Under the pieces are notes generated by a model that did no database searches, was not told the DNA's origin, and was given only the letters and a program-made list of their open reading frames with translations. A stretch of DNA of 64,000 nucleotides from Octopus vulgaris (taxonomy: Eukaryota): assembly GCA_951406725.2 (NCBI GenBank), contig OX597824.1, positions 72,044,001 through 72,108,000 on the forward strand. Direction: 5' to 3'. Shown here piece by piece: positions 1-11,940 of the stretch (positions within the stretch are counted from its first letter, which is position 1; each line of letters begins with the position of its first letter). Both the position numbers and the translations under genes were made by a program.

Positions 1-99
1 AGATTGGAGCCTGGTGCAGCCATCTGGTTCGCCAGCCCTCAGTCAAAATCGTCCAACCCATGCTAGCATGGAAAGTGGACGTTAAACGATGATGATGAT
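1..99 (+). mobile_element. 3' tail of RTE-related retroelement (family E), ending in (GAT)n
   Basis: gtccaacccatgctagcatggaaag...gttaaacgatgatgatgat; reverse complement of the copies at 4449, 18430 and 26425. Confidence 0.8.
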
Positions 100-109
100 A
101 TTTTCTTTC

Positions 110-315
110 TTTTATCTTTTACTTTTTTCAGTCATTTGACTGCAGCCATGCTGGAGCACCGCCTTTAGTCGAGCAAATCGACCCTGGGACATATTCTTTG
201 TAAGCCCAGTACTTATTCTATCAGTCTCTTTTTGCTGAACCGCTAAGTGACGGGGACGTAAACACACCAGCATCGGTTGTCAAGCAATGCTAGGGGGACA
301 AACACAGACACACAA

Positions 316-404
<89 letters not shown>

Positions 405-570
405 TACGACAGGCTTCTTTCAGTTTCCGTCTACCAAATCCACTCACAAGGCATTGGTCGGCCTGGGGTTATAGCAGAAGACACTTGCCCAAGATGCCAT
501 GCAGTGGGACTGAACCCGGAACCATGTGGTTGGTTAGCAAGCTACTTACCACACAGCCACTCCTGCGTCT
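110..570 (-). mobile_element. tRNA-derived SINE family A (CORE-like), full length with internal microsatellite
   Basis: Minus strand has a tRNA-like head (GTGGCTGTGTGGTAAG...GGTTCAGTCCC), then CTTGGGCAAGTG and a GACTGAAA...AAAAGA tail. About 20 copies occur in the window. Confidence 0.9.
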
Positions 571-911
571 ATGTGTGTATATATACACACATACATAACA
601 TTTTACAAGCAACAATAGCTTGTGACACCAGTATATACTGCATATATGTAGGAAGCATTTACTATATGACACACACACATACACACACACACACATGCAT
701 CGTCATCATTATCATTTTCTTGCATCTGTTTCATCATGTTAGTATGAGTTATAAGGGTCTCAGTGTTTCATCACACATGGTCCTTTATCATGAGGCTCAT
801 GCATTAAAACTGAAAACCTTTTTTTTTTCCTTGTATGTCATAATTTTGACATGGCTTATTTTTTTTACACAGCTGGCTAACTTTCCTATCATCAACTGCT
901 TTACAGTTTAA

Positions 912-1125
912 CCCTTTCCTTACCAACCCGGCTGAAACTGCCTCTGAGTACAAATGTCTTGTTTTCATAAGTTTTGAATTAAGATCTTCCACCAAACCTT
1001 AGTCACAATTTATGTTCCTAATACTAGCTTAATGATAACTAAGTTATTTTACTAAATTCTTTGTTATATTTAAAGTAATTGAAAGAAACACAGAGCATCT
1101 CAAAATAAATTCGGTAATGAAAGGG
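912..1125. mobile_element. piggyBac-type MITE (family P1)
   Basis: TTAA|CCCTTTC...GAAAGGG|TTCA; close copy at 28674-28888. Confidence 0.85.
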
Positions 1126-1273
1126 TTCAGTGAGGTGCATTTTTATCATTCTGCTGACATGAGAGAAAATTTCTGAAGCCAAATAGCCCCTTATTTCAGA
1201 GGTTATGCTTTGCAATCCAAGAATAGGAACAAGCTGCACAATTTCTAATTAACAAAAGAGATAGAAAATATCT

Positions 1274-1502
1274 CAACCCTTTAGTCTCTAAACCAGCTAT
1301 ATTGGACCAAAATATTTGTATCTGTTTTATGTTTAAACTTGCCAGATTCAGCCTCTCACATCAACCCTATAAAGTCATTCTAAAAATAAACAATCACATC
1401 ACCAAAATCTCAGACCTACAAAATAATGCAGGATTAATTCAATACAATGTGAATAAATAAGCATTACTTAAGATAGAATAATGTGAAGGCTAAAGTGTTA
1501 AA
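1274..1502. mobile_element. piggyBac-type MITE (family P2), degenerate
   Basis: aaCCCTTTAG...CTAAAGtGttaa; reverse-complement relatives at 59742-59959 and 35436-36036. Confidence 0.7.
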
Positions 1503-1804
1503 CCACTAAGAGGCAATCAAAAGAAAAGAGAAAAAAGAAAAAGAAAAAAATCTGTAGCTACCCAAAATTGTCATTAAAGTGACAATTTCTAATATGGCAT
1601 GATGTTGCTGCTAAGACAGTATACAATGTCAAGTGTAGGAAAGACTTTGCTGAGAGGCCTTTCCTAAAGGGAATATAATTCAACTCAAAGAATATTCTCA
1701 TTAAAAGTTTTTTAATAATAAAAGGCTTCATATAGTTGTTTGGGACTGAAAAAAGAATTATGTTCAGTTTTAGTGATCGGCTGCCCTTATGATTATCATT
1801 TAAT

Positions 1805-2185
1805 TTTACTCTTTTTCAGTCATTGTACTGTGGCCATGCTGGAGTACTACCTTCAAGGTTTTAGCTGAATAAATCAAACATAGTACTTATAAGTCTGGTA
1901 CTTTTTCTGTCGATTTCTTTTGCAAAACTGTAAAGCAACACAGAAATAAACAAACCAACAGTGGTTGTCCAGCTGTGTGAAAGGAGTGGACAAATACAGA
2001 CATACATACCACACACACACACTGGATTTTAATACTGTTTCCCTTCTACAAAATTCACTCAAGGCGTTGGTCGGCCCAAGACTATAGTGGAAATCACTTG
2101 CCTGACATGCTGCACAGTGGAACTGAACCCAAAACCATCTGGTTGCAAAGTGAGCTTCTTAAGCACCCAGCAATACCTGTGCCTC
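1805..2185 (-). mobile_element. SINE family A, diverged copy
   Basis: Similarity to 110-570. Confidence 0.8.
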
Positions 2186-2302
2186 TGAACATTTCTTTCA
2201 AAAATCATTAAGAAAGCGAATCATTATCATCATCGTTTAATTGCTTTGAAGCCTACAGCTTCTCCACTCAGATTATAAGTTCATCTTATTGATGCATTAG
2301 GT

Positions 2303-3224
2303 CAGTGGTTCTCAATCAGTTTTCATTTGTGGACCCCTTTGATTCTTATTTTACTTGAGTGGATCCTCAGAGCCATTTGATCTTTAAAAAAAGCCCTCTT
2401 ATATTTTTATAATGAAGTATTATTTTCTTCTGTCTAGGTAGAGTCATTATGTTTCACAACCATGTTTCACAACCATAATGACTCTATGGTTGTGAAACAT
2501 GGCCTATGAGGGTAGTCGATCAGTGAAGGCTGGAGGTGTTCGACAATGACTGTCTCCGCCACATTCTTCGCTGCTGATGCATTGATCAGGTTCCTTCAGC
2601 CAGTCTTCATCATGGCCTGAATCTCCGGCCCCTCTCTTCGGTGCTTCTACAACGGCGCTTAAGGTGGTTTGGTCATGCGGCCTGGCATCCAGAGGGTGAG
2701 CTGATTTGCGATGTCCTCCTTCCACCTCCACTTCCCAGCTGGCGCAAATGCACGGGTGGGCAGCTGAAGACCTGGGCAACAACGATAAAGGAGGACCTCT
2801 CCGAACTTTCAGGTCCGCAGGTGGTCGGCCTGCGCAGATGGAACTGAATGGCTCGCTGTCTCCAGTGACCTCGCACATGACTGTCGGGCGTGGGCCGCCA
2901 TGGTTTGTGATGCCGTCAGGACCAGAGAAGAAGCCGGCTCAACCCACCCTGGGTGAATACCGTCACAGGCAGGCAGTCATTATGCCAATATAATTAACAC
3001 ACACACACTGGTTCAATTGTCCCTAGACAAAACAAAATTTGTTTCAACACACAAATTCACATAAAGAATCTTGCAAACCAGATACAAAATTGAAGAAGTA
3101 TTATTAGTCATTCTATTAAAAAAAAAGTTGTTAAAATATTTTGTGAAGTGTACAAGTATAAGCAATTTATTACACATAAATTTTAACAACAAAATCTTAT
3201 ATGGACCCCAGTTGAGAGCCACTG
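2303..3224. mobile_element. hAT/Charlie-type MITE interrupted by an RTE insertion
   Basis: TIRs CAGTGGTTCTCAA / TTGAGAGCCACTG; degenerate 8-bp flanks cattaggt/cactggga. Confidence 0.7.
2482..2974 (+). mobile_element. 5'-truncated RTE-clade LINE (C-terminal ORF relic plus 3' UTR)
   Basis: LYGCETWP, LEVFDNDCLRHIL, RRLRWFGH and GGQLKTW motifs with frameshifts; 10-bp TSD agtcattatg at 2442-2451 and 2975-2984. Confidence 0.88.
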
Positions 3225-3614
3225 CACTGGGATATGTTAGTAAATGTTTAGTAACAATCTCAAAAAACTAGTGTTTCCATGCAAAGAAAGTGTGACCTGC
3301 TAGTTCATACTCTGTAAATATTAACCTGTTAGTACCCCCACCTCATAAAAAAAACAAAAAAACAAGTCTTGTTGCTATTGTTATTCTGAATTCCAGTAAT
3401 AGGGCTTTTTTTATGTTAAAAGGCAGTTCCTTCTTAATAGGAAGATTTCAGATACAAAGAGGAAGAATTCATGCATTCACACAAACATTTACATGCATAT
3501 ATGTGTTGATATACAAATGTTTTTTTTTAAAGATATAACATGGAGACTAATGTAACTGACTACAACTTCATTTCTAAATACTATTTGTGTCTGTATAATA
3601 CATCTCTGTCAGGC

Positions 3615-3661
<47 letters not shown>

Positions 3662-3987
3662 TGTATATGTGTGTCAAATTTAAAGGGGAAAAGAAAACAA
3701 CTACTTGTGGCATAGGAATTTTTGGTGGGGGGTAGTGGTGGTATTGTGTAAAGGATAGTTGGTAGCTAAGCTTCATAGTAACACTTTACTCAACAAAAGA
3801 AAACAAATTCCACACTCACTCACCTGTAAATAATGAAGGAAAACAAACTCTGTTTGTGTGTGTGTGTTTAGGTAGATGAATTACTATGTTCCTGTGAATA
3901 CATATACTAAATCGCTCAAAAATAAATTTTAACTTTGGATGTACCTTGTAAAATGTTTCTTTTTCATAATGTATAATATATATGTGT

Positions 3988-4067
<80 letters not shown>

Positions 4068-4448
4068 ATAAACATATATATACACACACACACAACATTA
4101 TGAAATGAAACATTGTATATATTCTATATATAGAATAAATAAGCAGAGATGTGGTCCTTGACCCAGTAAAGAAGGATTGTAACTCTATGCTTGAATAAGT
4201 TTAACCATGATAACCTGTTGAACATATTTAACATTAGAAAATTGTCATTATCCTCATGATGTAATGGCCTCTTTTCCAAGATTTCATGGTTCAGATGAAA
4301 TTTGCATAGGTGGATTTTCTATAGTCATACACCTTTCCTGTCACTAACCCTCACATGTTTCCAAACAAGGTAATATTTTTCCTAAGCCAGACATGGTTTA
4401 AAAATATAGATATGATTTAAATATATATATATATAATATATATATATA

Positions 4449-4830
4449 TCATCATCATCATCATTTAGCGTCCGCTTTCCATGCTAGCATGGGTTGGACG
4501 GTTCAACTGGGGTCTGTGAAGCCAGAAGGCTGCATCAGGCCCAGTCTGATCTGGCAGTGTTTCTACGGCTGGATGCCCTTCCTAACGCCAACCACTCCAT
4601 GAGTGTAGTGGGTGCTTTTTACGTGCCACCCGCACAGGTGCCAGACTGAGCTGGCAAACGGCCATGGACGGATGGTGCTTTTTACGTGCCACCGGCACGG
4701 GGGCCAGGCGAGGCTGGCAACGGCCACGATCGGATGGTGCTTTTTACGTGCCACCGGCACGGGGGCCAGGCGAGGCTGGCAACGGCCACAAACGGATGGT
4801 GCTTTTACGTGCCACCGGCACAGGGGCCAA
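4449..4830 (-). mobile_element. Family E RTE-tail element with internal ~62-bp GC-rich tandem repeats
   Basis: (ATC)n tail on +; gtgcttttt acgtgccacc units start near 4612, 4676, 4737 and 4799. Confidence 0.8.
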
Positions 4831-5026
4831 GGCATGCCTGTGTGGTAAATAGCTTGCTTCCCAACTACCTGGTTCTGGGTTCAGTCCCCCTGCATAGCTC
4901 CTCGGGCAAATGTCTTCTGCTATAGCCTCGAGCTGACCAAAGTCTTGTGAGTGCATTTGGTAGACGGAAACTGAAAGAAGCATGTTGTATGTTATATATG
5001 TATGTATGCATGTATGTATGTATATA

Positions 5027-5062
<36 letters not shown>

Positions 5063-5295
5063 TGCATACATACGTACATATGTGCGTATGTATTTGTGTG
5101 TCTGTTATTTGTCCCCCCATCATCGCTTGATGACCAATGTTGGTGTGTTTACGTCCCCATAACTTAGCTATTCAGCAAAAAGTGACTAATAGAATAAGTA
5201 CAAGGCTTACAAAGAATAAGTTGTGGGGTTGATTTGTTTAACTAAAGACAGTGCTCCAGCATGGCCACAATTAAATGACTTGAAACCAGTAAAAA
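4831..5295 (+). mobile_element. SINE family A
   Basis: Similarity to 11497-11908. Confidence 0.85.
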
Positions 5296-5549
5296 TATAA
5301 AAGAAAGAATATGAAAACTGTAAAAGATATGTAATTTGAAAATATAAATAAAATAAAATTTAAATATAAATAATATATATATTGATAAAGATGGTAAGAT
5401 AACAAAAGAAAGAAAGAGACCTCGATATTATGTAAATAGCATTTTTCCGATGGCCAGATAACTGAAGAGATGGTGGCGTGGATTTCCACCTCGGCATCTG
5501 AAACTCGGAGTTGTATCTTGGCTACCGAATAATTGTCACATTTACACAC

Positions 5550-5583
<34 letters not shown>

Positions 5584-5584
5584 A

Positions 5585-5767
5585 CCGTTGGAGATTTTTT
5601 TTTCCTCCGTCTTCCCTTCCTTGGATCTTTCCTTTTCCTATGTTTCTGACGAAGCGCTCCGACTGAAACTTTAAATCCTTCTTCTTTCTTTCCTTTCCTG
5701 AGCGTCCAATAACACTATACTTGTTCCATGTCATCGCGTTGTTGTGTTTTCATGTTTGGATTAACTT
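5585..5767 (+). mobile_element. Penelope-like terminal repeat fragment with decayed minimal hammerhead core
   Basis: CTGACGA (5646-5652) ... GAAAC (5665-5669) in a pyrimidine-rich repeat; stem II is disrupted. Confidence 0.6.
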
Positions 5768-5794
5768 ATATATATATATATATATATGTCACCA

Positions 5795-5970
5795 CCACTT
5801 GACAGTTGGTGTGTTTACATCCCTGCAACTTAGTGGTTTCACAAAAGAAGTCAATAGAATAAGTACCAGGTTTAAAAAAAAAAAATTACTGGGATCGATT
5901 CATTTGACTAAAAATTCTTCAAGGCAGTGCCCCAGCATAGCTGCAGTCTAATGACTGAAACAGGTAAAAA
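5795..5970 (+). mobile_element. SINE family A, 3' half
   Basis: ggtgtgtttacatccc...gcagtctaatgactgaaac. Confidence 0.75.
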
Positions 5971-6229
5971 GATGGAGGGTTAGAAATGCAGTTCTATTAA
6001 GGGGTAGTTAAGAAGGAAGGAAGAGGGAAATGTATATATGAAAGTATAAGAGTGAATCTGTGTCTGAAAGCAAGCGTGAGGAGAGGGTAGTGTGTGTTAG
6101 TGTAGTGCCCATAGGTGTATAAAGAGGTGTGAATTCTATATACTGTGTGTGTGTGTATATATATATATGTATGTATATTTTGAATGTATATGTGTATATG
6201 CATGTATGCCTACATATATACCATTCTAC

Positions 6230-7110
6230 TTTGCATAAAACTTTAACCATATTGGTACTTCTGGCTCTCATTTTTTAAGTCTTCTAGAGTGTCAATATTT
6301 TAACAAAATGATGGTACCATTTTTAATTATAGTGTTACTTTGTAAATTAAAATCAAATAATTTTTGATATTCAAAGTCAAATAATTTTTGATATTCAAAT
6401 TTTATCCTTAACTGCAATATTTTAAGTAAAAATTTTCTTGATCTGTACTTTACCAGATGTAATAACTTGTCCTGTACTTTTCCAGGTTTATAATCTAAAG
6501 AATATTTCTCTTGCTCGCATTTTTCCATGTAGTCCATGTTTTTTCCAGGCTATGCTTTTATGTTAAATAATGTGTCAAATGAGTTGATTAGCGGTGTTGT
6601 TGATAATTTTTTCTTTACCCCAATGATGCTGGTGACATATATTAAAAGTCCCCTTATAGAACTATATTATCACCCTCAAATTTTAGAATCAAACGCTCAA
6701 CTTTTTTCTTTTAAAACTTAATTGCATGAGATTGATACCATGAAACTCCTTGAACTGAGCTCTATCATTTCAGCTTAATTAAAATATTGTTTGTTTTTAT
6801 TATACTTAGATCCAATTTTTTGCCTTATATTTTTTTTTCATGATATTTTACCTTACAACTTTTTTCATACACATTTTTGTTGCATGGGACAAAAACTATG
6901 AAATTCTTCATACGTTCTTTTATCATTTAGGCTAAAATAAATATATTTTACTTCTAAAATAAAAAACATTATTTAGATCTAAACTTGATTGGTGGTGTTA
7001 CTTACTCTCCTGTAATGTTGCTACAAATTTTGATGTAAACTTTTTTCTATTGGACCAAATCTCAATTTTTTAATGCCAAAATGTAGCTAGGAACCAGTCC
7101 TCTTCAAAAA
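6230..7110 (-). pseudogene. Highly decayed AP-endonuclease domain of a LINE (L1/Tx1-like)
   Basis: Minus-strand motifs in the correct order and spacing: VATLQESK (7001-7024), IVL*GDF(N) (~6640-6668), LDY (~6490-6498); many stops and frameshifts. Confidence 0.45.
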
Positions 7111-7135
7111 TGTCAAGTTTTCAATTACTCAAAAG

Positions 7136-7440
7136 CAGAGGTTCTCAAACTTTTTGCCCCCCCCCCATGGCCACATAATACCCTCAGCGCCCTCACCCCT
7201 ATTTTTATGTATAAATAAATATATTTTATTAATTTATATATATTATGAATCATTTGATATTTAATATAGTATATAATTTGTATACAACACTATAATAATA
7301 TAATAAATTCATTGCATCCCCCAATCCCCTGTCTTTCTCCCAACACCTCCTTTTTCTCTACCCCCCCCCCAAGCACCAGCGCTCACCTGGACCGTCTCAA
7401 TGCCCACCGGGGGCAGTTGCGTCCACTTTGAGAACCTATA
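7136..7440. mobile_element. hAT/Charlie-type MITE
   Basis: CAGAGGTTCTCAAA...TTTGAGAACCTATA; flanks ctcaaaag/ctctaaaa (6/8 match). Confidence 0.75.
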
Positions 7441-7526
7441 CTCTAAAAAAAAAACTGATTGTCCTTTTTATTTTCTACCCATTTGGCTTATACATTCATG
7501 CAACCCTTTCCTGCCATTTAAGAGTA

Positions 7527-7711
7527 GGTTCCTTTGAACTTTGCCTCACCAATTTATTCTGCTGGCCATTTTGAAGATGGTTCCTTTGAACTTTGCCTCA
7601 CCAATTTATTCTGCTGGCCATTTTGAAGACGGTTCCTTTGAACTTTGCCTCACCAATTTATTCTGCTGGCCATTTTGAAGAAGGTTCCTTTGTACTTCGC
7701 CTCACCAATTT
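7527..7711. repeat. 52-bp tandem repeat, ~3.5 copies
   Basis: ggttcctttgaactttgcctcacc... units start at 7527, 7579, 7631 and 7683. Confidence 0.95.
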
Positions 7712-8279
7712 AAGGCTTAAATGAATTAAATATCAACATTTTTCAATGAAAAAAGAAAAAATAGTTGCATGCCTTAATTTTAATGCTTCTCATTATTGGG
7801 GATGAGGTGGAGTTAAATTTTGGGCCTGTAGATATGGCTTTGTTTTGTGCTTTGTCTCAGTAATAATAATTTTTTTTTGCTTATGCAAAGTTTTGCCTGT
7901 AAAAGGAGTGGATTATTAGAAAAAAATGCAGATGCATTAACAGTATTTTTGCTTGAACCCGACAAGTACAGGACAAGGAGTGGAGGTTTAAAAGTATTGC
8001 AGCTGAGGTTGGAATTTGAGTTTAGATAATATATCTTGAAATGGGATTTTGGATGAAAAAATAAAGTAGGGAATATATTAAAAAGAAGACTAGGATGCCC
8101 TTGGGAAGCATGTTGATAATGTGGTTAAATTTGATGGGCCATTTTCTTTCCTCCATTGCACCCTCTCATGTGCATGTCTAATTGAAACCATTTATTTAAC
8201 TTTATGCTGAGTCTGAGGAAAATAAATTTTATACACTTTGGGAAAGGGAGGTTTGTCAGTCAAAGTTTATAGAAATAAT

Positions 8280-8819
8280 CCTTTCTACGATAGGCACAAG
8301 GCCTGAAATATAGAAGGAGCAGGTGCTAGTCAATTACATCACTCCAGTGATCAACAAGTGGAGGCACATGGCCTAGTGGTTAGAGCAGCAGACCCGTGCT
8401 CGAGAGATCGCAGGTTCGAATCTCAGACCGGGCGATATGTGTGTTTATGAGTGAAACACCTATGTTCCATGCAGCTCCGACAGAAGGTAATGGCAAACTT
8501 CTGCTGACTCTTTCGCCACAACTTTCTCTCACTCTTTCCTCCTGCATCTTGCAGCTCACCTGCGACGGACCGGCGTCCCGTCCAGGTGGGGAACCTATAT
8601 GCCAAGGAATCCAGGAAACCGGCCCTTATGAGCCAGACATGGCTCGAGAAGGAACAAACAAAAGTGATCAACTGGCATTTATTTCATTGAATGAAATAAT
8701 GAAAAGATGAAAGGTGAAATTGACCTCAGCAGAATTTGAATGCAGGACTTAAAAAACATGAAATGCCACTAAGCATTTTCTGCAGCATGCTAACAATTTT
8801 GCCAGCTTGTCACCAGAAG
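8280..8819 (-). mobile_element. SINE family D, interrupted by a family C SINE
   Basis: 15-bp TSD gtttatagaaataat at 8265-8279 and 8820-8834; similar to the reverse complement of 56989-57220. Confidence 0.8.
8358..8662 (+). mobile_element. tRNA-derived SINE family C, full length
   Basis: A-box TGGCCTAGTGG, B-box GGTTCGAATC; TSD agtgatcaac at 8346-8355 and 8663-8672; second copy at 45253. Confidence 0.92.
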
Positions 8820-9427
8820 GTTTATAGAAATAATGAGTATTGGTGTGTGGGAAGAGTTTCTCATTATCAAGAGCCCATGGTGTTGGATATCCAGAGTTAC
8901 CAAGGGCAGAGGTTTCAAACCCTTTGTCTCTAGTGGGGATAAATTTTCATTTCTTTTTACTGGTAGAAGGCAGATTCCCCTCTACAAACCACCATACCAT
9001 TTATCTCTCATTATTTCTGAGCTAACCAGATACTACTGCCTACTTTAACTCTTACTAGGTAAGTTAACACTCATCCTACTCACTCTTCCCCCATAGATGA
9101 TCACGTGTTTGTGTCATCTAAATGTCAGCTTAGCTATAGAAAAACATGAGAGGATGGTAACTAAAAAATTTAAAATTTTGAAAAACGGGTTATATATATC
9201 ATGATCATATATATGTGTGTGTGTGTATGATGTAATATAATTTTCTAATAACTTATTCTCCTCATATTTTTCTATGTATCTTTTTGTTTTCAGTTTTTGT
9301 GAATTTTTTCCATACCCTAGGGGTAACTTATGAGGTGGAGACCTGTGTTCAAACTCTGTAGAGTTTTGTTGTATTGTATGCACTATCTTTCAGATATGGC
9401 AAGGTCCCTGAAGTGTGTGTGTATGTA

Positions 9428-9475
<48 letters not shown>

Positions 9476-9488
9476 CATACATACATAC

Positions 9489-9521
<33 letters not shown>

Positions 9522-9669
9522 ATCCTTAAGGTTTATAGAAGTAATGAGTGTTGGTGTGTGGGAAGAATTTCTCGGTATCAGGAGCCCAAGGTGTTGGATA
9601 TCCAGAGTTACCAAGGGCATAGATTTCAAACCAATTTGTGCATATATATATCATATATATATATCAGAG

Positions 9670-9904
9670 ACCTCCTTCGGTCCTGAATGACCATGGGATT
9701 GGACCTAGAAACTTACCCTCCAAGGCACAAGTGCAGGCAAGGTTGTTTATGGAAGACCAGCAGTCTCCCATGCATACCAGCCTCCCCTCTCCACGCTACC
9801 GATGTTATCCAAGGGAAAGACAACGGCTGATACAGATGGGCACCATTGATGTCGCAACTCGTTTCTACAGCTGAGTGAACTGGAGCACCGTGAAATAAAG
9901 TGTC
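9670..9904 (-). mobile_element. SINE fragment sharing the CTCCAGT(T/C)CACTCAGCTG domain with family B
   Basis: cagctgagtgaactggagca..gtgaaataaagtgt; partly copied in inverted orientation at 10256-10408. Confidence 0.65.
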
Positions 9905-10000
9905 AAGCTTATATATGCCATATATATATATGCCATATATATATGTCATATATATATATGTCATATATATATATATATATCATATATATGTCATATATAT

Positions 10001-10043
<43 letters not shown>

Positions 10044-10149
10044 GTCTTGCGTATACCAACAGACAAGTTGATGGTGTCATTCTTTGTAGTTCTTGATAAC
10101 CGACATTGGCAGATAAATGGTGAAAACATTCCGGAAAGTTTTCACCAAG

Positions 10150-10747
10150 TTTTTTTGCTTATGCAAAGTTTTGGTTGAACCCGAAAAAGTACAGGACAAG
10201 GAGTGGAGGTTTAAAAGTATTGCACATTATTTCATTCAATGAAATAAATGCCAGTTGCTGGTCTTCCATAAACAACCTTGGCCGCACTTGTGCCTTGGAG
10301 GGTAAGTTTCTAGGTCCAATCCCATGGTCATTCAGGACCGAAGGAGGTCTCTGATATATATATATGATATATATATGCACAAATTGGTTTGAAATCTATG
10401 CCCTTGGTGTGTGTGTGTGTATGATGTAATATAATTTTCTAATAACTTATTCTCCTCATATTTTTCAATGTATCTTTTTGTTTTCAGTTTTTGTGAATTT
10501 TTTCCATACCCTAGGGGTAACTTATGAGGTGGAGACCTGTGTTCAAACTCTGTAGAGTTTTGTTGTATTGTATGCACTATCTTTCAGATATGGCAAGGTC
10601 CCTGAAGTGTGTGTGTATGTATGTGTATATATATAAACAAAGCCATATCTACAGGCCCAAAATTTAACTCCACCTCATCCCCAATAATGAGAAGCATTAA
10701 AATTAAGGCATGCAACTACTTTTTCTTTTTTCATTGAAAAATGTTGA
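10150..10747. repeat. Mosaic of short direct and inverted duplications copied from 7733-9762
   Basis: Near-identical segment matches, listed in findings. Confidence 0.9.
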
Positions 10748-11036
10748 GTCCCCAATACTAAATATTTTATTAATTCTGGAATTATTAAAGACAAAGTCAG
10801 TAACCCTGGCAAGGTTTGATCTCAGAAGATAGACATATATACCAAAATACGATAGAATTTAATTTGTTACTGCATATACTTAACCACTTGGATTATCATT
10901 GTTACTGTTGTTGCTGTTGTCATCATCATCTTCGTCATCATTATCATAAACTTCTTTAGCTTATATATTTCAACAAAATTACAAAATCTTTTGAGCAATA
11001 TTGTTAAAATCTCTCTCTCTCTCTCTCTCTCTTTAG

Positions 11037-11405
11037 CATGGTTATATGGTTGAGAACCTTGCCTCCCAACCTTGTGTCCTCAGGTTCAATCCCACTGGGT
11101 GGTATCTTGGACAAGTCTCTTCTGCTATAGCCCCTGGTCAACCAAAGCCATGTGAGTGGATTTGGAAAGAAGCTGAAAGAAGCCCTTTGTGTGTGTGTGT
11201 GTGTGTGTGTCTTTGTGGTTGTCTCCTCCCATTGCTAAGTGATGGTGTTGGTTTGTTTATGTCCCTGTCACTTAGCATTTGGCAATGAGACCAAAAGAAG
11301 TACCAGGCTTAATTAAATTAAGTACTAGGTTCAATTTGTTCAACTAAACACTTCAAGGCAGCGCCCCAGCATGGCTGCAGTCCAAGGAGTGAAATGAGTA
11401 AAAGA
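11037..11405 (+). mobile_element. SINE family A, diverged
   Basis: ggttcaatcccact...ttggacaagt...cagcatggctgcagtcc. Confidence 0.8.
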
Positions 11406-11496
11406 CAGAAGATATATAACATTATTTTTACTCTCTTAGCTGATTGAGTGCTTTTCTACTTGTTGAAACCTTACCACATAATATATATAATATATA

Positions 11497-11908
11497 GGCA
11501 TAGGAGTGGCTGTGTGGTAATTAGCTGGCTTATGAACTGCATTGTTCCGGGTTCAATTCCACTGCGTGGCACCTTGGGCAAATGTCTTCTACTATAGCCT
11601 CGGGCCGACCAAAGCCTTGTGAGTGGAGTTGGTAGACAGAAACTGAAAGAAGCCCGTTGTATATATATATATATATACGTATGTGTGTGTGTATGTATCT
11701 TTGTGTGTCTGTGTTCGTCTCCCCCCCCCCCAACATCGCTTGACAACCGATGGTGGTGTGTTTACATCCCCGTAACTTAGCGGTTCGGCAAAAGACACAG
11801 ATAGAATAAGTACTAGGCTTACAAAGAATAAGTCCTGGGGTTGATTTGCTCGACTAAAGGCGGTGCTCCAGCATGGCCACAGTCAAATGACTGAAACAAG
11901 TAAAAGAG
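11497..11908 (+). mobile_element. SINE family A, full length
   Basis: GGCATAGGAGTGGCTGTGTGG...GGTTCAATTCC...CCTTGGGCAAATG...GACTGAAACAAGTAAAAGAG. Confidence 0.92.

Positions 11909-11936
<28 letters not shown>

Positions 11937-11940
<4 letters not shown>

Noticed and set aside
110-570. tRNA-like A/B boxes as tRNA genes
   Set aside because: They are SINE heads continuing into conserved SINE bodies, with no complete cloverleaf.
3812-3845. AG|GTGAGT juxtaposition on the minus strand
   Set aside because: Opposite to the only supported gene; no minus-strand exon found.
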